Assembly: GCF_009914755.1 (NCBI RefSeq) | Contig: NC_060935.1 | Origin: the human T2T-CHM13v2.0 reference genome, Homo sapiens | Direction: 5' to 3' (one strand) | Length of the DNA stretch: 64,000 nt | In this document: positions 12,290 to 24,854 of the stretch, in pieces | Position numbering within the stretch: position 1 is the first letter of the stretch | Layout: every line of letters begins with the position of its first letter | Notes under the pieces: generated by a model | The model's database searches: none | What the model was told of the DNA's origin: nothing | What the model saw: only the letters and a program-made list of their open reading frames with translations | Made by a program: the position numbers and the translations under genes

Positions 12290-13070
12290 CCCTTGGGCCT
12301 GCAGCCATACTGGCCTTTCACTTAGTCACTTTGCTACGCTGTTCCCTCTGCCTGGAATGGTCCTCTCAGGAGTCCACTCACCTTCATCCAGTTAACCCTG
12401 CTCCTCCTTTCAGTTTCTGTTCCATCAAAAGAGCCATCATCTCCCACTCAGCTTGGGACAGGCCCCCTTGTTATAGGGTTTCAGAGCACCTTGTACTCTA
12501 AATAATGACACCAGTGAGTGAGTATGGTAAACTATGGTAGGTATGTTTACCTACCATAGTTTACATTTAGTAACCTATCACATGGTTACCTACCATAGTT
12601 TACATTTACTCACTCACTGGTGTCATTATTTAGTGTCTGTCTTCCCCACTAGACATAAGCTCCCTGAGGCCAGGAACTGATGTACTTTTCTCACTTCTGT
12701 ATCCCCAGCACCTCGTACCAAGTCTGTACCATGTCTGACTTATGGTAATAATAATAATAGGATAATAATTACAATGATAATAACTAAAATTTATTAAACA
12801 TTAGGAATTCTTCTAAGTGTTTATATCTAATGATTCATTTGAGCCTCAAAATAGCCCTTTGTAGTGGATACTGTTGTTACCCTCCTTTCATAGGAGAAGG
12901 ACAGAGGTGGAGCTCTAGGATTAGGTAAATTGTCCAAGGTCACAGAACTAGCAGATAAAGAAGCTAGAAGGTAAACTCACAGTCTGGTTCCAGAGTCTGA
13001 CCTCCTGACCCCTGTGCTTTGCTGCTCCTTGGAGATGTACAGTAAATATCTGTTGAATGAAGGAATGAAT
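12290..13070 (+). mobile_element. L2 3' portion containing a foldback insertion and interrupted by an antisense MIR (~12770-13020)
   Basis: GCTGTTCCCTCTGCCTGGAATG, TGTCTGTCTTCCCCACTAGACATAAGCTCCCTGAGG, CTGTATCCCCAGCACCT, AAATATCTGTTGAATGAAGGAATGAAT. MIR core TGTCCAAGGTCACAGAACTAG. Confidence 0.75.
12498..12633. repeat. Nested inverted repeat (27-bp and 17-bp perfect arms) with internal 23-bp direct repeat
   Basis: 12498-12524 is the exact reverse complement of 12607-12633. 12527-12543 is the exact reverse complement of both 12548-12564 and 12587-12603. Confidence 0.97.
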
Positions 13071-13266
13071 TCAGGTGATAATATGGCCCAGGAATTTTGC
13101 TTTCTTATCATCTAACTTAATATAGAAATAGGATCTGAAAAATGAGAATGAACCCTACGTTTCACAATTAACCGATTTCTCTGAGCTCTCAAATTGATTA
13201 CTTAACGGAGCATTAGGCCAGGGCCAAACCACAGACAATTAAAATGATTGGGTTATATTTTAAAAA

Positions 13267-13430
13267 ATGACCATGGTAACTGTAGGGTGAATGGGCCAGC
13301 TGCCTGGCATAAAAATCCCGTATCTAAAGTATATGCAGTTATATGGGAGCTAAGCTGTCATTTTGTTTTGAGACGCTGAGTTGGATTTATATTCTCTTCC
13401 AAGAGAGAAAGAAGGAGAAGTTAGGTAAGT
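13267..13430 (+). promoter_or_regulatory. Candidate promoter/first exon: X-box-like motif, E-box, CATAAAA, strong splice donor
   Basis: ATGACCATGGTAAC 13267-13280; CAGCTG 13297-13302; CATAAAA 13308-13314; TAG|gtaagt at 13424/13425. Motifs only. Confidence 0.25.
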
Positions 13431-14119
13431 GTTTGCTGCATTAAAAACAAACCAACTTCAGCATATGGAGTCACCGGAAAGGTTACCAGGTAATGTTGGA
13501 GTCAATGTTTTCCTCAAAAGAATGTGAACTCTTACCAAGCTTTCTCACATACAGTTGGGCAAGACCCTAGATATCTACACAGGAAAACTGAGAAAGATGA
13601 TGTGGACATGAAAGATTGTTACTACTGTCTCCTCTCTAACAGAGTCTCTGTAAGACTATGGAGTATCTGATGTGAAGTAAAGCCATATCCTAGTGAGCCA
13701 GCTAGAACTTGATACTTGAAAGGTCTACTAATATGTACGAAATGGCTTGTCTGTTGGATACAGTTGTTGATGACTACGCATTTTAATATTGGGAAGGGAT
13801 TTCCTTTTGATATATTTGATGCAGAGTTGCTCTTTTTATAGTAGCAACTGGCTAATATACCCACTTGTTTCCAACAATCACATACTAATTATATAGGCTT
13901 GGTAGCATGGAATCTGTTTATACATGTTTTGAGCCATCTCATTCAAAATATTTAGGGAGAGTGTATATACCTTGAACTAGTCCCAGGGATGGATTGAAAG
14001 GAAAAGACATGGTCCTGCTCTCAAGGTACTTATAATTCCTATAAAAATTAGTATAAATAAAATTCACTCATTTGTTTGGTACCAAGCATGTGCCCATACA
14101 AAAAAGGTAAAGAAAGACA

Positions 14120-14750
14120 GTTTATTGTAGTAGAAAAAGTCCTGACTTTGGAGTCATACAGCTTACTGCTTATCAACTACTTAACCTCAGGGAATTTATC
14201 TGAACACTCAGAGAATCAGTTTTCTCATTTGTAAAATGGAAATCTTATGCTTTGCAGGATTATTGTATGGAAAAGAAATAAATGTTATCATCTAGCACAT
14301 AGGCAGTACCCATTAAATTGCTTAACACACGATTTCCATTTGTGAAAAGCCACATCCTAATGAAGCATGGAATAAACAAATAATTACAACATGAGATTTT
14401 GATATTGCACAAAACTGACATTGAGCAAAGGAGAAGAAGTTCAGAGAAGAGCAAGGAGCTAACTGCCTCTTCCCAAGCAATTAGGGAAGTCTCCCCAAAG
14501 GAGGCTACTTCAGAGGTAGGTCTGGAAGGATGAGTAAGCTTTTGTTGGATGGAGAAGGGGAAACGTTTTTCAAGTACAGAAACATGAAGCAGCATGTGCT
14601 GCTTGTCATGGGAAAGGTGGGAAAGTCAGTGCCATCAGAGGGTAGGCTCTCTGTGACCAGGTGAGGCCAGGGCACATCATGGGAGATGAGGCCAGAGGGC
14701 GCAATCAGTTACAGACTGGTCATAGAGACGTACATAAGATGAAGTCCTAA
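14120..14750. mobile_element. MIR (+, ~14120-14335) and L2 (-, ~14370-14750)
   Basis: TCAGTTTTCTCATTTGTAAAATGG..AGCACATAGGCAGTACCCATTAAAT; GGTCTGGAAGGATGAGTAAG. Confidence 0.6.
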
Positions 14751-15379
14751 TAAAACAGATCCTCTTCATTTTATTCCTGAATGTTCTATTTTTAGTGACC
14801 AGATTCCATGATTTTCGCTGGCAAAAAAATTTTTCTTTTCTGTTTCCCTGAGAAATTTCACTTTATTCGTTCTTTGAACATGTATTTCTGTATGTTCTTA
14901 GAATTCAACACTAGCCCAAAGTTTCTGAGAATTCTCTGTTAGCCGCTTAGACAACTTGGTATAATTCTCTGTCACATCTGTCATGCTTTCCTGCCTTTCC
15001 GAGCCTGCATTGTCCAGGCTCCCATACCTCCCATGGGGGGCGCAGACGCATCTCAATTGGCCTCTTTGTGCAGAGCGGAAGGCAGGTGTGAGCTGTGATT
15101 GACGGCTGGCTTACATGGCCACAGAGAAACTGGCTCTGGGCATTTTCTTTTCTCCTCGAGGTCCAATCCATTCCTTCTACCCAGACTTTCTTGTAAGAGA
15201 ATTTCTTTGAGTTGTTACCCATGGAATTTTTTATTAAGTTGTTCAGTTGTCAAATATAAACACATTTGAAAAAATAGGAATTTGATTCAGATCCTGAGGA
15301 GAGAAATGATGACTGAGGGTTCGAATAACTTTTTTTCTTTTTATTTCCATATTAAGTTATGCATCACAAACTATGGTAC

Positions 15380-15580
15380 AGGGTAGTAGTTGTGATGCCA
15401 GGTGTGTATCCTAATGACTAGGGGAGCTTTTAAAAAAAACACCCCCTGGGCCTGATCCCCACCCCCAACCAGAGATGTATCTTCAGAGGGTGTCTGGGGA
15501 AGGAGACCTGGGGAATCTGTGCTAAAGATTACTACTTTGCAGGCAATCTTGATATGTAGCCATAAGGGAGAACCTACTGG
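15380..15580. mobile_element. MER5-like hAT-Charlie MITE
   Basis: CTAGGGGAGCTTTTAAAAA, GGTGTCTGGGGAAGGAGACCTGGGGAATCTG, terminal GAGAACCTACTG. Confidence 0.55.
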
Positions 15581-15654
15581 GGGAAGGGGATGCTCTGATA
15601 AATAGTCTTAGTTCCTGTCCCACCACTCCACCATATCCATCTGTCCTGTCCTGT

Positions 15655-17090
15655 CATTCAACAGATTCTGTTGAACATAGACTATGTGCCAACATGCTCT
15701 TAAGCATGTGGGACAGATCCAGTCGCAGTCCTCATAAATCTTACATTCTAATTGGGGAGATAAACAATAAATAAGACAGATAAGCAAAACATATTAGCTG
15801 CTGCTACTTGCCCAGGAGAAAAAAATACAGCGGATAATGTATTTACTTCCTTACCACCCACTCTCAATTTATCCAATCTGGCTTTTATTCCCAGCTTTGC
15901 AGATTGTTCATTTGTATGGGCCCAACTCTATCCAACTTGCCAAATCTAGTGGGCACATTTTAGTCTTTGTCTTGCTTGGCCCCTCTGTGGTATTCAGTAT
16001 GACGCATGACTCACTCCTTAGGTAAATATTGAGACAAGTACTGTGTCTTTACAAGTTAAAAAATAACTTATTTTTAAAATGTTTCACAACTATACCTAAG
16101 ATAGGCAGTATTATTTTTGTCATTTTAAAAGAGGGAAACTGAGGCACACAGAAGTGAAATAACTTGCTCAAGTTCACACAGCTAGCAAGTAGAAGAGTGG
16201 ACATTGTTCTGACTGTCAGCTCTCCCTTTCCACACCAAGTTTCCCTGTTACCACCCTAGGCTTCTTTTACTCCTTCTCTCATCATTCACTTTCCAACAGA
16301 TCCCAGGCTCATCTTCGTCTGCTAGCCCCTTACATGCAGGCATTCTATGCCCAGTCTCTCCTTCCACACTCACTCTGAACCATCTCTTTAATGCCCCCAT
16401 TTTTCTCTATTGCCCATATCCCTGTGACCCCCAAATTCACACTGTGGGGCTGGGCATCTCTTCTGACTTTCCAACAACCTGACTGGTGCATGCACTTGGA
16501 TATCAGGTAGACACCTTTCTTTGTGCATTTAATAGGGAAGTGCCTAATATGTGCCAGGTGCTACATGGTTATTGCAGATATTATAGTGAACAGGGCAGAT
16601 GGGGTCTCTGGCTCACAGAAGTTACTCTCTAGCAGGAAAGACAGTCCAAATGCAAAGACATCCCCAAATGAACTTAAATACTGTCTTTCCTCTCCCTTGA
16701 ATACTTACTCAACTTCCTGTTTTCTCAATTTCAGTTAATACCACAGCCTCGGAGTTGCCGTTAATTCCTTCTTCTTCCTCCAGGCCTAAATCCAAGTGTA
16801 TCTCCTACATACCTCTTGACTCTGTTCCCTTCTTGCCATCACCACAGCCTTGGATTCATTTCCCACCTGGAAAACCTGGTCGGCTTTCTAGCTGGCTTCC
16901 CTGTCTCCAGTTCTACATGCCTCTAATCCATCTGCGACACCATTTTTTTCTAAAGTGCAAACTCGATTGTGCCCTCCCCTCTTTATATCCTCCGGTGGGG
17001 CATCTAACTGGCGACACCCCACCTCTTCTGATAATGGGTCTTTTCGTGAGAGCCCAATTCATGTGGTTGGTCCAGCTCCAACCGCCTTCT
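15655..17090. mobile_element. L2 fragments in both orientations with nested MIR (~16030-16215 -)
   Basis: CATTCAACAGATTCTGTTGAACATAGACTATGTGCC; GCCAAATCTAGTGGGCAC; GGGAAACTGAGGCACACAGAAGTGAAATAACTTGCTCAAG. Confidence 0.6.
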
Positions 17091-17640
17091 TATGTCCTCC
17101 ATGCACCTGGCCATAGTGATGAGTTTCAGAATGGGCAAGAAGAGGCCAAGAAGAACTGTCATGTATAAGTATTGGGAAGGAAAGGGTCTCACTCTTGCTC
17201 TGAAATACGAATTGTTTCTTTTTCTCCACATTGGGAGAATCTCTCCAAATATGAAGGCAGTGCATGAAAAGAAGCTGACCCAGTCAAGACAGAGCCTTAG
17301 GAAATTGTTTGAGCTCCTGGATGATTTAGTTGCCCATGAAGTGGGCCTTACTCATGGACTTTACCAGTCACAGGGGTCAATATATTTTCCATGTTAGAAT
17401 CCAGTGCTGGCACTTAATGGCTATGTAACTTTGGATAAATTATTTAACCTTTCTGAATACCAATATCCTCATCTCTAAAATGGGCATAATAATAACACCC
17501 TCACAGGATTGTAATGAGTTCCAAATGAGTTAATGCATACAGAAAGCTTAGAACATTGCTAAGTGTTAACCATTATTATTATTACCATTACTTAGCTGAG
17601 TTTGGTCTTGGGTTTCTTTAGCTTGTAATTGAAAGAGTCA
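17090..17640 (+). mobile_element. Old MaLR LTR (MLT1K/L-like) interrupted by MIR (~17395-17590)
   Basis: GGCCATAGTGATGAGTTTCAGAATGGGCA; end GGGTTTCTTTAGCTTGTAATTGAAAGAGTC; MIR TCCTCATCTCTAAAATGGGCATAATAATAAC. Confidence 0.5.
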
Positions 17641-18021
17641 CAACAAATACCAAGTCCAAACTTTGTATCCTGCTTACAAGGCTGATTTCTAGCCTGCTCT
17701 CCAATGGCTCCATCACAGTCCTTATGCCTCTGTCTTGCTTGTATTAAATTTCTAAAACTCTCCAAACATTTATGCTGTTTCAGACCTTTTTCTAGGTATA
17801 CAATGTTCTTTCTGCTCAGAATGCTCATCCCCAGTCACCTAGCAAAGTCAGGTAGCGATTTTAAGCAGCAAGAAGAAGCAATTAACTCAGGATGCCAGCA
17901 GTTTGGGGTCTGATTTTGCCATTGATTATCTGCTGTCTCTGGGCAAGTCTCAACAATTTGGGTCCCCTGCATTTTAAAAATGATTTTTTCTTGATTCTCA
18001 AATGTACTTCTCTGTGAACAG

Positions 18022-18074
18022 AGTTCTATAGATTCATTGGCAGTCAAGGATTCCTTACTCAGCTCAAGTTTCAG
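18022..18074 (+). other. Candidate small non-coding exon
   Basis: tacttctctgtgaacag| ... CAG|gtgagg. Confidence 0.15.
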
Positions 18075-18098
18075 GTGAGGAAAAAATAATAAGGCCAG

Positions 18099-18504
18099 TG
18101 TATTAGGCCATTCTTGCTATAAATAAATACCTTAGGCTAGGTAATTTATAAAGAAAAGAGGTTTAATTGACTCATGATTCTGCAGACTGTACAGGGAGCA
18201 TGGCACCAGGCATCTGCTTGGCTTCTGAGGAGGTCTCAGGAAGCTTACAATCATAATGAAAGGCAAAGGAGGAGCCAATGGATTATATGGTGAAAGTGGG
18301 AGCAAGAAACAGAGAGTGGGAGGTGCTACGCTTTTAAACAACCAGATCTCACTCGAACTCACCCATCACCAAGGGAATAGCCCTAAGCCATTAGTAAGGG
18401 ATCTGCCATCATGATCCAAACACTTTCCACCAGGCCCCACCTCCAACACTGGGGATTACATTTCAACATGAGAGTTGGTGGGGACACAGATCCAAACCAT
18501 ACCA
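18099..18504 (-). mobile_element. MaLR solo LTR (MSTA/MSTB-like)
   Basis: TGTATTAGGCCATTCTTGC..GGTAATTTATAAAGAAAAGAGGTTTAATTG..GGCCCCACCTCCAACACTGGGGATTACATTTCAACATGAG..CAAACCATA. Confidence 0.9.
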
Positions 18505-19559
18505 GTTAATTAACTCTCCCTAACTCCCATTGCTGGAATGGAGAAGACAGACTTAAATCACAGCAGGAACAGTTGGCTCCCTAGAGACAACCTTCTGAAC
18601 AGATAGGTGGTCAGCCCAAGAAACAGGGCATTAAGAAGGATGTGCTTCCTTTCTTAGATCTCAAGAAGGGACAAGTGAAATTTCTTCCTGGTCACGTTCC
18701 CTGGTCCCCACCCCTGCCTTTCTAAAAACTCAAGAGTTCTACAATCTAACAGCAGCCAAATTAACTTAACTATATCTTTAAAAGCAAGAATAGTTTTCCA
18801 TTGTCTCTAACGCCTGGCTAGGTTTCTAGAATATTTGGGAATAGTAGTAAAATCAAAATGTTTCTTCTGTATTTCAGCGGGAAGATACTGTCTCTGGGTC
18901 TGCATCCCTGAAGCTTTGTTTTACTGTTGGAGATGAACAAATGTAAATAATTTAAAGCATCCCCCCAGTAGTATTTTCCTCATTTAAGTTTTATTTCTAT
19001 GTAAATTTACCTCAGGCCTGGAAAGGTTTGTTTCTGGCCTAGGATAAATGGCTGTTTTATTGCCAGAGTCCAGGCTGGCGAATTTCCCCAGACACTGGCT
19101 AGCTCCTGGGTGGCAGAGTTTGGCTGAAAGACATCAATGCAAACATGGTCTCTTTTTCCTTTGCCTGAACTACTATTCAAATGAAGATTATTAAAGAGAT
19201 CTAAATGTGAAAATGTTATATACTAGCAACAGACACATCCCCCAAATGCATGCACATGGCCTAAATTAGACCACCGAAGTAGGCGGTGTCCAGCCTAAAA
19301 ATTATAAGAAAGGAATTGGATAATGAGAGGCAGCAGTCCGTGAAGCCAGCCCACCGGCAGAGCAAGTGCAGCATCCCTAGAAGGGTTTCCTAGAGGGAGA
19401 AATGGAAGCATGTGGCACAGGAGTGGAAAGTCGCCCATTTGTTTCTTTCCCTTCTTTCCCATCAGATTCATTTCCTCTCAACTCCTCTGTAAGAACAATA
19501 GTACTTGACTCACAAGCCCAGGTCCCATTAGCTTCTGAGGTCACGTTTTCTTTGAAAAC

Positions 19560-21190
19560 ATTATCTTATTTATTAATACTTTTAATAGAGAAGCACTACA
19601 TAAACAGTCTACCCAATAAAATAATCAAAAATACATCATAGAATTTAATGATTTCTGTCCCCGCCATCTCCTTCATTTTCCGCCCCCTAAGGTTACACCT
19701 TCCACACTTTTTTGTTTATGAAAATGTGCATATACCTATATGAGGAGGAGGATGATTGCTACTTATTTTTATAAAAATAGAACCATATTTATTTTTCCGT
19801 AGCCTGCTTTTCTTAACAAGACATCGTGGAATTCTCTCTGGGTTAATAGATATTGATCATTTTGTTTTTCAATAGCTGCATAATATTTCCTATTAAAGAT
19901 ATACCATAATTTGAACTATTTCTCTATCAATATACATCCAAAAATAAACAAAAATAGCAATAAGCATTCTTAACATAAATATTTATGTGCTGGCAATTTT
20001 ATTTTTATAGGATGAATTTTCAGAATTGGATTATTGGGCTTGCATATTTTTCAATTTAGTAGACATTTCTAGTTTATTTTTCCAAAAGGTTGTAGCAATT
20101 CAAGCCTTCCCAGAATATAGGACAGTGAAAATCTCCTCCAGGTTTACCAATTCTGGGTTTTCTTCTTTTTATTTCCCCCCCCATGTGATAGGCAAAAATG
20201 ATGTCTTTAAACTTACTTTATGCTTTCTTGATTACAAGTGAGGTTGCTCATCTTTTCATGGACTTTTTTATTTCTTCTGCTGTGAATTCTCTTATCCTTT
20301 GCCTATTTTTGACTGGGTTGAAGTTGTCTTTTCTTACAAATTAAAAGAGCTCTGTACATTAGGAAGATTAACCTTATATCTATCATATCTGTGACAAAAA
20401 TTTTCCCCAGGACATCACTGGTATTTTGACTTTGTCTACTTAATCTTTTAACAATAACAAAATGTAATCAAATATCATATGTTGGTGTTTTCCTTTATGG
20501 CTTCTGGATCTCTTATCTTACATGGGAAAGTCTTCCTACTTCAACACTATGTATTATCCTAAATTTTGTTCTAATGTATAATTTTTTCACTAACTCTTTA
20601 ATTTATTGGGAATCTTTTTTTGTGTATGGTGAGAGTTAAGAATTTCTCTATGTTTTCTCCTAGATAGCCAAGTATGTCAGCAGCATTAATAAAATAAACA
20701 CTCCTTTTCTCATTAACATGTTCCCTTTGTCATATATTAAGTTTTTACATGCACTTGGATTTATTTTCTGAACTCTTAATTCTATTTTACCAGTCTGAGC
20801 CAATGTCATTATATTTTTATTGTAATGGCTTTATCAAACATCTGATATTGGATAAGGCAAATCTACCCTCATGATCCTTTGTTCTTTTTTTTTTAAACTA
20901 GTCTCAGATATTTATGTTCTCATTAGAAATTTAAACTTATTTTATGCAGCTGATAAAAATTGGGATTCTGTTTGACATTGCATTAATTTTGGAAGGATTG
21001 CTATAGTAAAGATAAATAATTTCTATTGAGAAAATGGTATATCTTTTTCATTTGTTCAGAATTTTTTTTCACATCTGTCAATGAGATTTCATAGTCTTCT
21101 TTATCATTGACCCTGTACCTTTCTTGCTAAATTGATTCATGGATCGTTTCATTTGTATTGATATTGTGACTGGGTTGTTTATCAAGTTGA
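19560..21190 (-). mobile_element. Highly degenerate ancient L1 (L1ME-class), 3' UTR and ORF2 end
   Basis: AT-rich antisense L1 motifs: AATAGCTGCATAATATTTCC, GATTACAAGTGAGGTTG, TTTGTGTATGGTGAGAG, TTGGGATTCTGTTTGACATTGCATTAA. Confidence 0.7.
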
Positions 21191-22199
21191 CTTCTAATGC
21201 CTAACTTATAATGGCTTGAGCTCTTCCCCACATGGTGTCACGACTCCAACCCTTCTCAAAGTGTTGCCAAGTCACTCACTGAAACGCACCTTTGTGCTTC
21301 CTGCCTGTTCTTGGATTTATTGACAGGCAGGTGCTCTCCAGCTCTGACTTTCTCTTGCTGCTCTCTGCAACTTGGGAAGCCTCGCTGTTGCCACGGCAGA
21401 GGCACCATCATAAGCATGATAACACCATTGCCAGACCTCCATCTCCAGCGACTTCTAAAGCTGTACATTTTCAGGGGGCCCAAGTGGTTCTGGGTCCCAT
21501 GAGAGGCAGGGAGAATGGCCTTTTCCCTAATTCCATACCACATCTCATCCCCTAGTTCAAATGACTCTGCTTGTTCTCAGAATCTTCCAAAGTTGTGCTT
21601 GCACAGTTCCATCAGCTCTTGTTCCTGCTCCTCCTCAGAGCCTCTCCAAACCTTCCTGGCTGTGGATACAGAAGCCAGAACAGCTTTTTCTTTCCTCTTA
21701 GCTCAAATCCATCCCCACAACCCCTAAATTAAAGTAACGTAGTTTCTCCAAAGTGTAACTTTCCCTGTCTCAAGAGTTAAAATCTGTGTTTTTAACTCCT
21801 GAAAGCCTCAGGATCACTAAAGAGCTCCATTAGAGCAGAAAGTTATTTTGCTTATTTAGATAAAAACCAAAAATCTGATTGAGTTTTCTCAGATCAGAGA
21901 AAGAACTGTTTTGGAGGGTTAATCTCTACCTATTACAACACTAAAAACAGCTGGAATCTTTAGAAATATAGGTTTTCTCTACCTCTATCTTCTTCAGCAA
22001 GGTTTCAAAATTCACAGGTCCAAATTTTCCCAGGAGCTCAGATCCAGGGTGCTGTGGGCTTCTGCTCCCTCCAGCAGTCTCTGCTGGAAGGAAGTTTCTC
22101 TCCAGCTATGACAGGGACTCCAGCAACTAGGTGGTAGAGGGAGGGCCACTTACTTCCATGTCTGTCTAGGAACCACTGAGCCTTTTTCATTACACATGA

Positions 22200-22395
22200 T
22201 ACTAATGCAATTTCTTGAGGCTCTCATATACATTATTGGATTCAGTCCTCAACACAATCCTATAAAATAGAATTAATTTTTCCCCATTTTACTGCTGAAG
22301 AAACTGAGGTTGAGAAAGGTGAAGTAAATTGTAGAGCTAACAGTGACAGTGATCTAATTAAAACCTAGGTTGTACTCCATAGTCTGAGCTCTTAC
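22200..22395 (-). mobile_element. MIR
   Basis: CCCCATTTTACTGCTGAAGAAACTGAGGTTGAGAAAGGTGAAGTAA. Confidence 0.7.
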
Positions 22396-23479
22396 CTGTG
22401 GAAATGTATCTGGGGGGACAGGGAGGATCCTAGCACAAACTTCATCTGAGTGCCAGTCCAACCACTTCCCCCTGGAGTCTTGACCCAAAGGGCTTGAACA
22501 ATTCCTTGTGGTAAAGCTCAGGGCCTTCCATTTCCCCTTTTTATCGGATGCATCAACTGACTTCTAAGTCTTTGTTATATGGTATTATTATCAGGCCCTT
22601 TGTTATGTAGTTTAATTGTTTCTGTGTTACTGTTTAATACATGGAAGCTCAGAGATTTTACAAAATAAAGGAGGCAGGGTATTGAGGTACAGATTATACA
22701 ATTTTTGTTAGCAATGAAAGTTTAGAGTTGGTAAACAATCAGCTATCTCAGTAAATTATCCTTGATCATTTCATTCGTTGTAGTTTGTAGTTTGACTTAC
22801 ATTTAATGTGTAAATGTTTTCTTGTCAATTTCTTTGGTTTATATGTACAATTTACAAATTGATTTTGATTTCTAGTTTTATAAGAGCTATAAGCTTAAAA
22901 ATTTATACCCAGTGTTAACTTTGTTCATATGTATGTAACACTATAATAAAAACAATCTACATCAACATTGCAGATTCCCTGAAAATATTTCCCTTTGTAA
23001 GGACATTATTTAGAGAAATACTGATATACAGCTTCCCTCTGGATCCTCCCTACAGCTCTGTGAGGCATATTTTCTCATTTCAGTTTATAGACCAAGAAAT
23101 GTGGGCTCAAGCAGGTATGTGGACAGCCCATTAGAGCAGATGTAGACAGTGACAAGGCCAGAAACAAATCAAGGTCTGAATCAAAATCTAAGGCTGTTTC
23201 CCAGAAACAACTTCTTTTTAGCAATGAGACACTATTTCACACTTTCAGCAGAAATGTTATTTATTATGTCTCTTCTTAGGGCAATGATGTTCAAACTTCA
23301 GGATTTAAAAAATAATTCCTCTGAAAAATCTAGTTTAGCAAGGCTGACAAAACAGGCAGCATCTAAATTAAATTTACTGTAAAGGTTAAAAAAATGTGTA
23401 AGTTATTTGAGTGATATGGTGCCCTCATGTGCTTTGCAGATGAAACTTAGGAGATAGCAGGGTTGGGGGAAGCAGACAG

Positions 23480-23680
23480 GAGGATGTGAAGGAGGAGGGC
23501 AGGACAGGGTGAGGCAAGAGTTAGAATTAGAGTCCAAGTATTCTCATCAGGGAAAGAGAGAGAAGGAGAAGGAGAGGAAGAGGAGGAGAAGGAGGGAGAG
23601 TGGACAGGGGAGGGGAGAGGGAGTGGGAGAAGGAGGAAGAAGAGGAAGAAAAAGAAGTAGAACTAGTAGCAGTAGTAGCT
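23480..23680. repeat. GA-rich low-complexity polypurine tract with short (AGT/AGC)n
   Basis: GGAGAAGGAGAGGAAGAGGAGGAGAAGGAGGG...AGTAGCAGTAGTAGC. Confidence 0.85.
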
Positions 23681-23859
23681 GGACTAGATCAGGTTGACAA
23701 GCCTGGAAGTATGAGAGCTAGTTTCACTATTTTAAAAAGTCCATCGTAAGGATATGTGGGGTAGTTAAAACATCAGGCTTCTTTGTTTTGGCTGTAATTA
23801 TACTAACTCAGTGGGGGTATCACTGGTTGCTCATGCTAAGTAGAAATTCAGATGAAAAG

Positions 23860-24189
<330 letters not shown>

Positions 24190-24739
24190 TTAATAAAGTT
24201 AGAAAAATAAACGTCCTATCCACAAAATCTCATTTGTTGAATAAATAAAATCTTCAAAAACACGTATTCATTCAATCAGTAATTACTGTGCATCAGCTAC
24301 GTGCTGCACGTACACAAAGATGAGTAATATATCGTCCCTCCTCAAAGGCAGGTGTTGCATGCGCATTGGGGTGGGGATTGATGACAGACATATGCCAGCA
24401 TTTATAATTCAATGTGAAAATGCAATGAAGGCATAATGTATAGAGGATTAAGGGACTGGGAAGATCTAAGGAAAGAGGTTCCTGACTTGGCCTTGGAGGT
24501 GAGAGTCACAGAAGACTTTCTCCAGGAGTTAGGAAATGAGCTAAATTATACAAAATGTGTCAGCAGGGAGGAGAGGGAATTCTGGCCCAAGGGAACTATG
24601 CCAGCAAAGGCCTGGAGGTGAGAAACAGCTTGGTGGTTGGCAGAGAATTCTGTAAGCAGTTCAGTGTTGCATGTGTATAAACCGTAAAGCAAAAAGATTA
24701 AGAAGTCAATAAGGAGCCAGATATTGGAAGTCACTTGTA

Positions 24740-24854
24740 TAGAGTGACCATAAAATGTATCATCCAAACTGGGATGCTTTTGAGAATTAAAAGAGGACAC
24801 TTTATATCATAACCACAGGTTCAGACATGTAAACCTGGACATATGGCCACCCTA
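24740..24854. mobile_element. hAT-Blackjack MITE (MER81-like)
   Basis: ~115 bp with imperfect TIRs TAGAGTGACCA / TGGCCACCCTA and internal CATCCAAACTGGGA. Confidence 0.7.

Noticed and set aside
12498-12633. Known miRNA gene or CRISPR-like repeat
   Set aside because: I do not recognise a mature miRNA sequence, and there is no repeat-spacer array. Reported as structure only.
22600-23025. Possible hAT-Charlie (MER113-like) fragment
   Set aside because: Too degenerate to call without a profile search.
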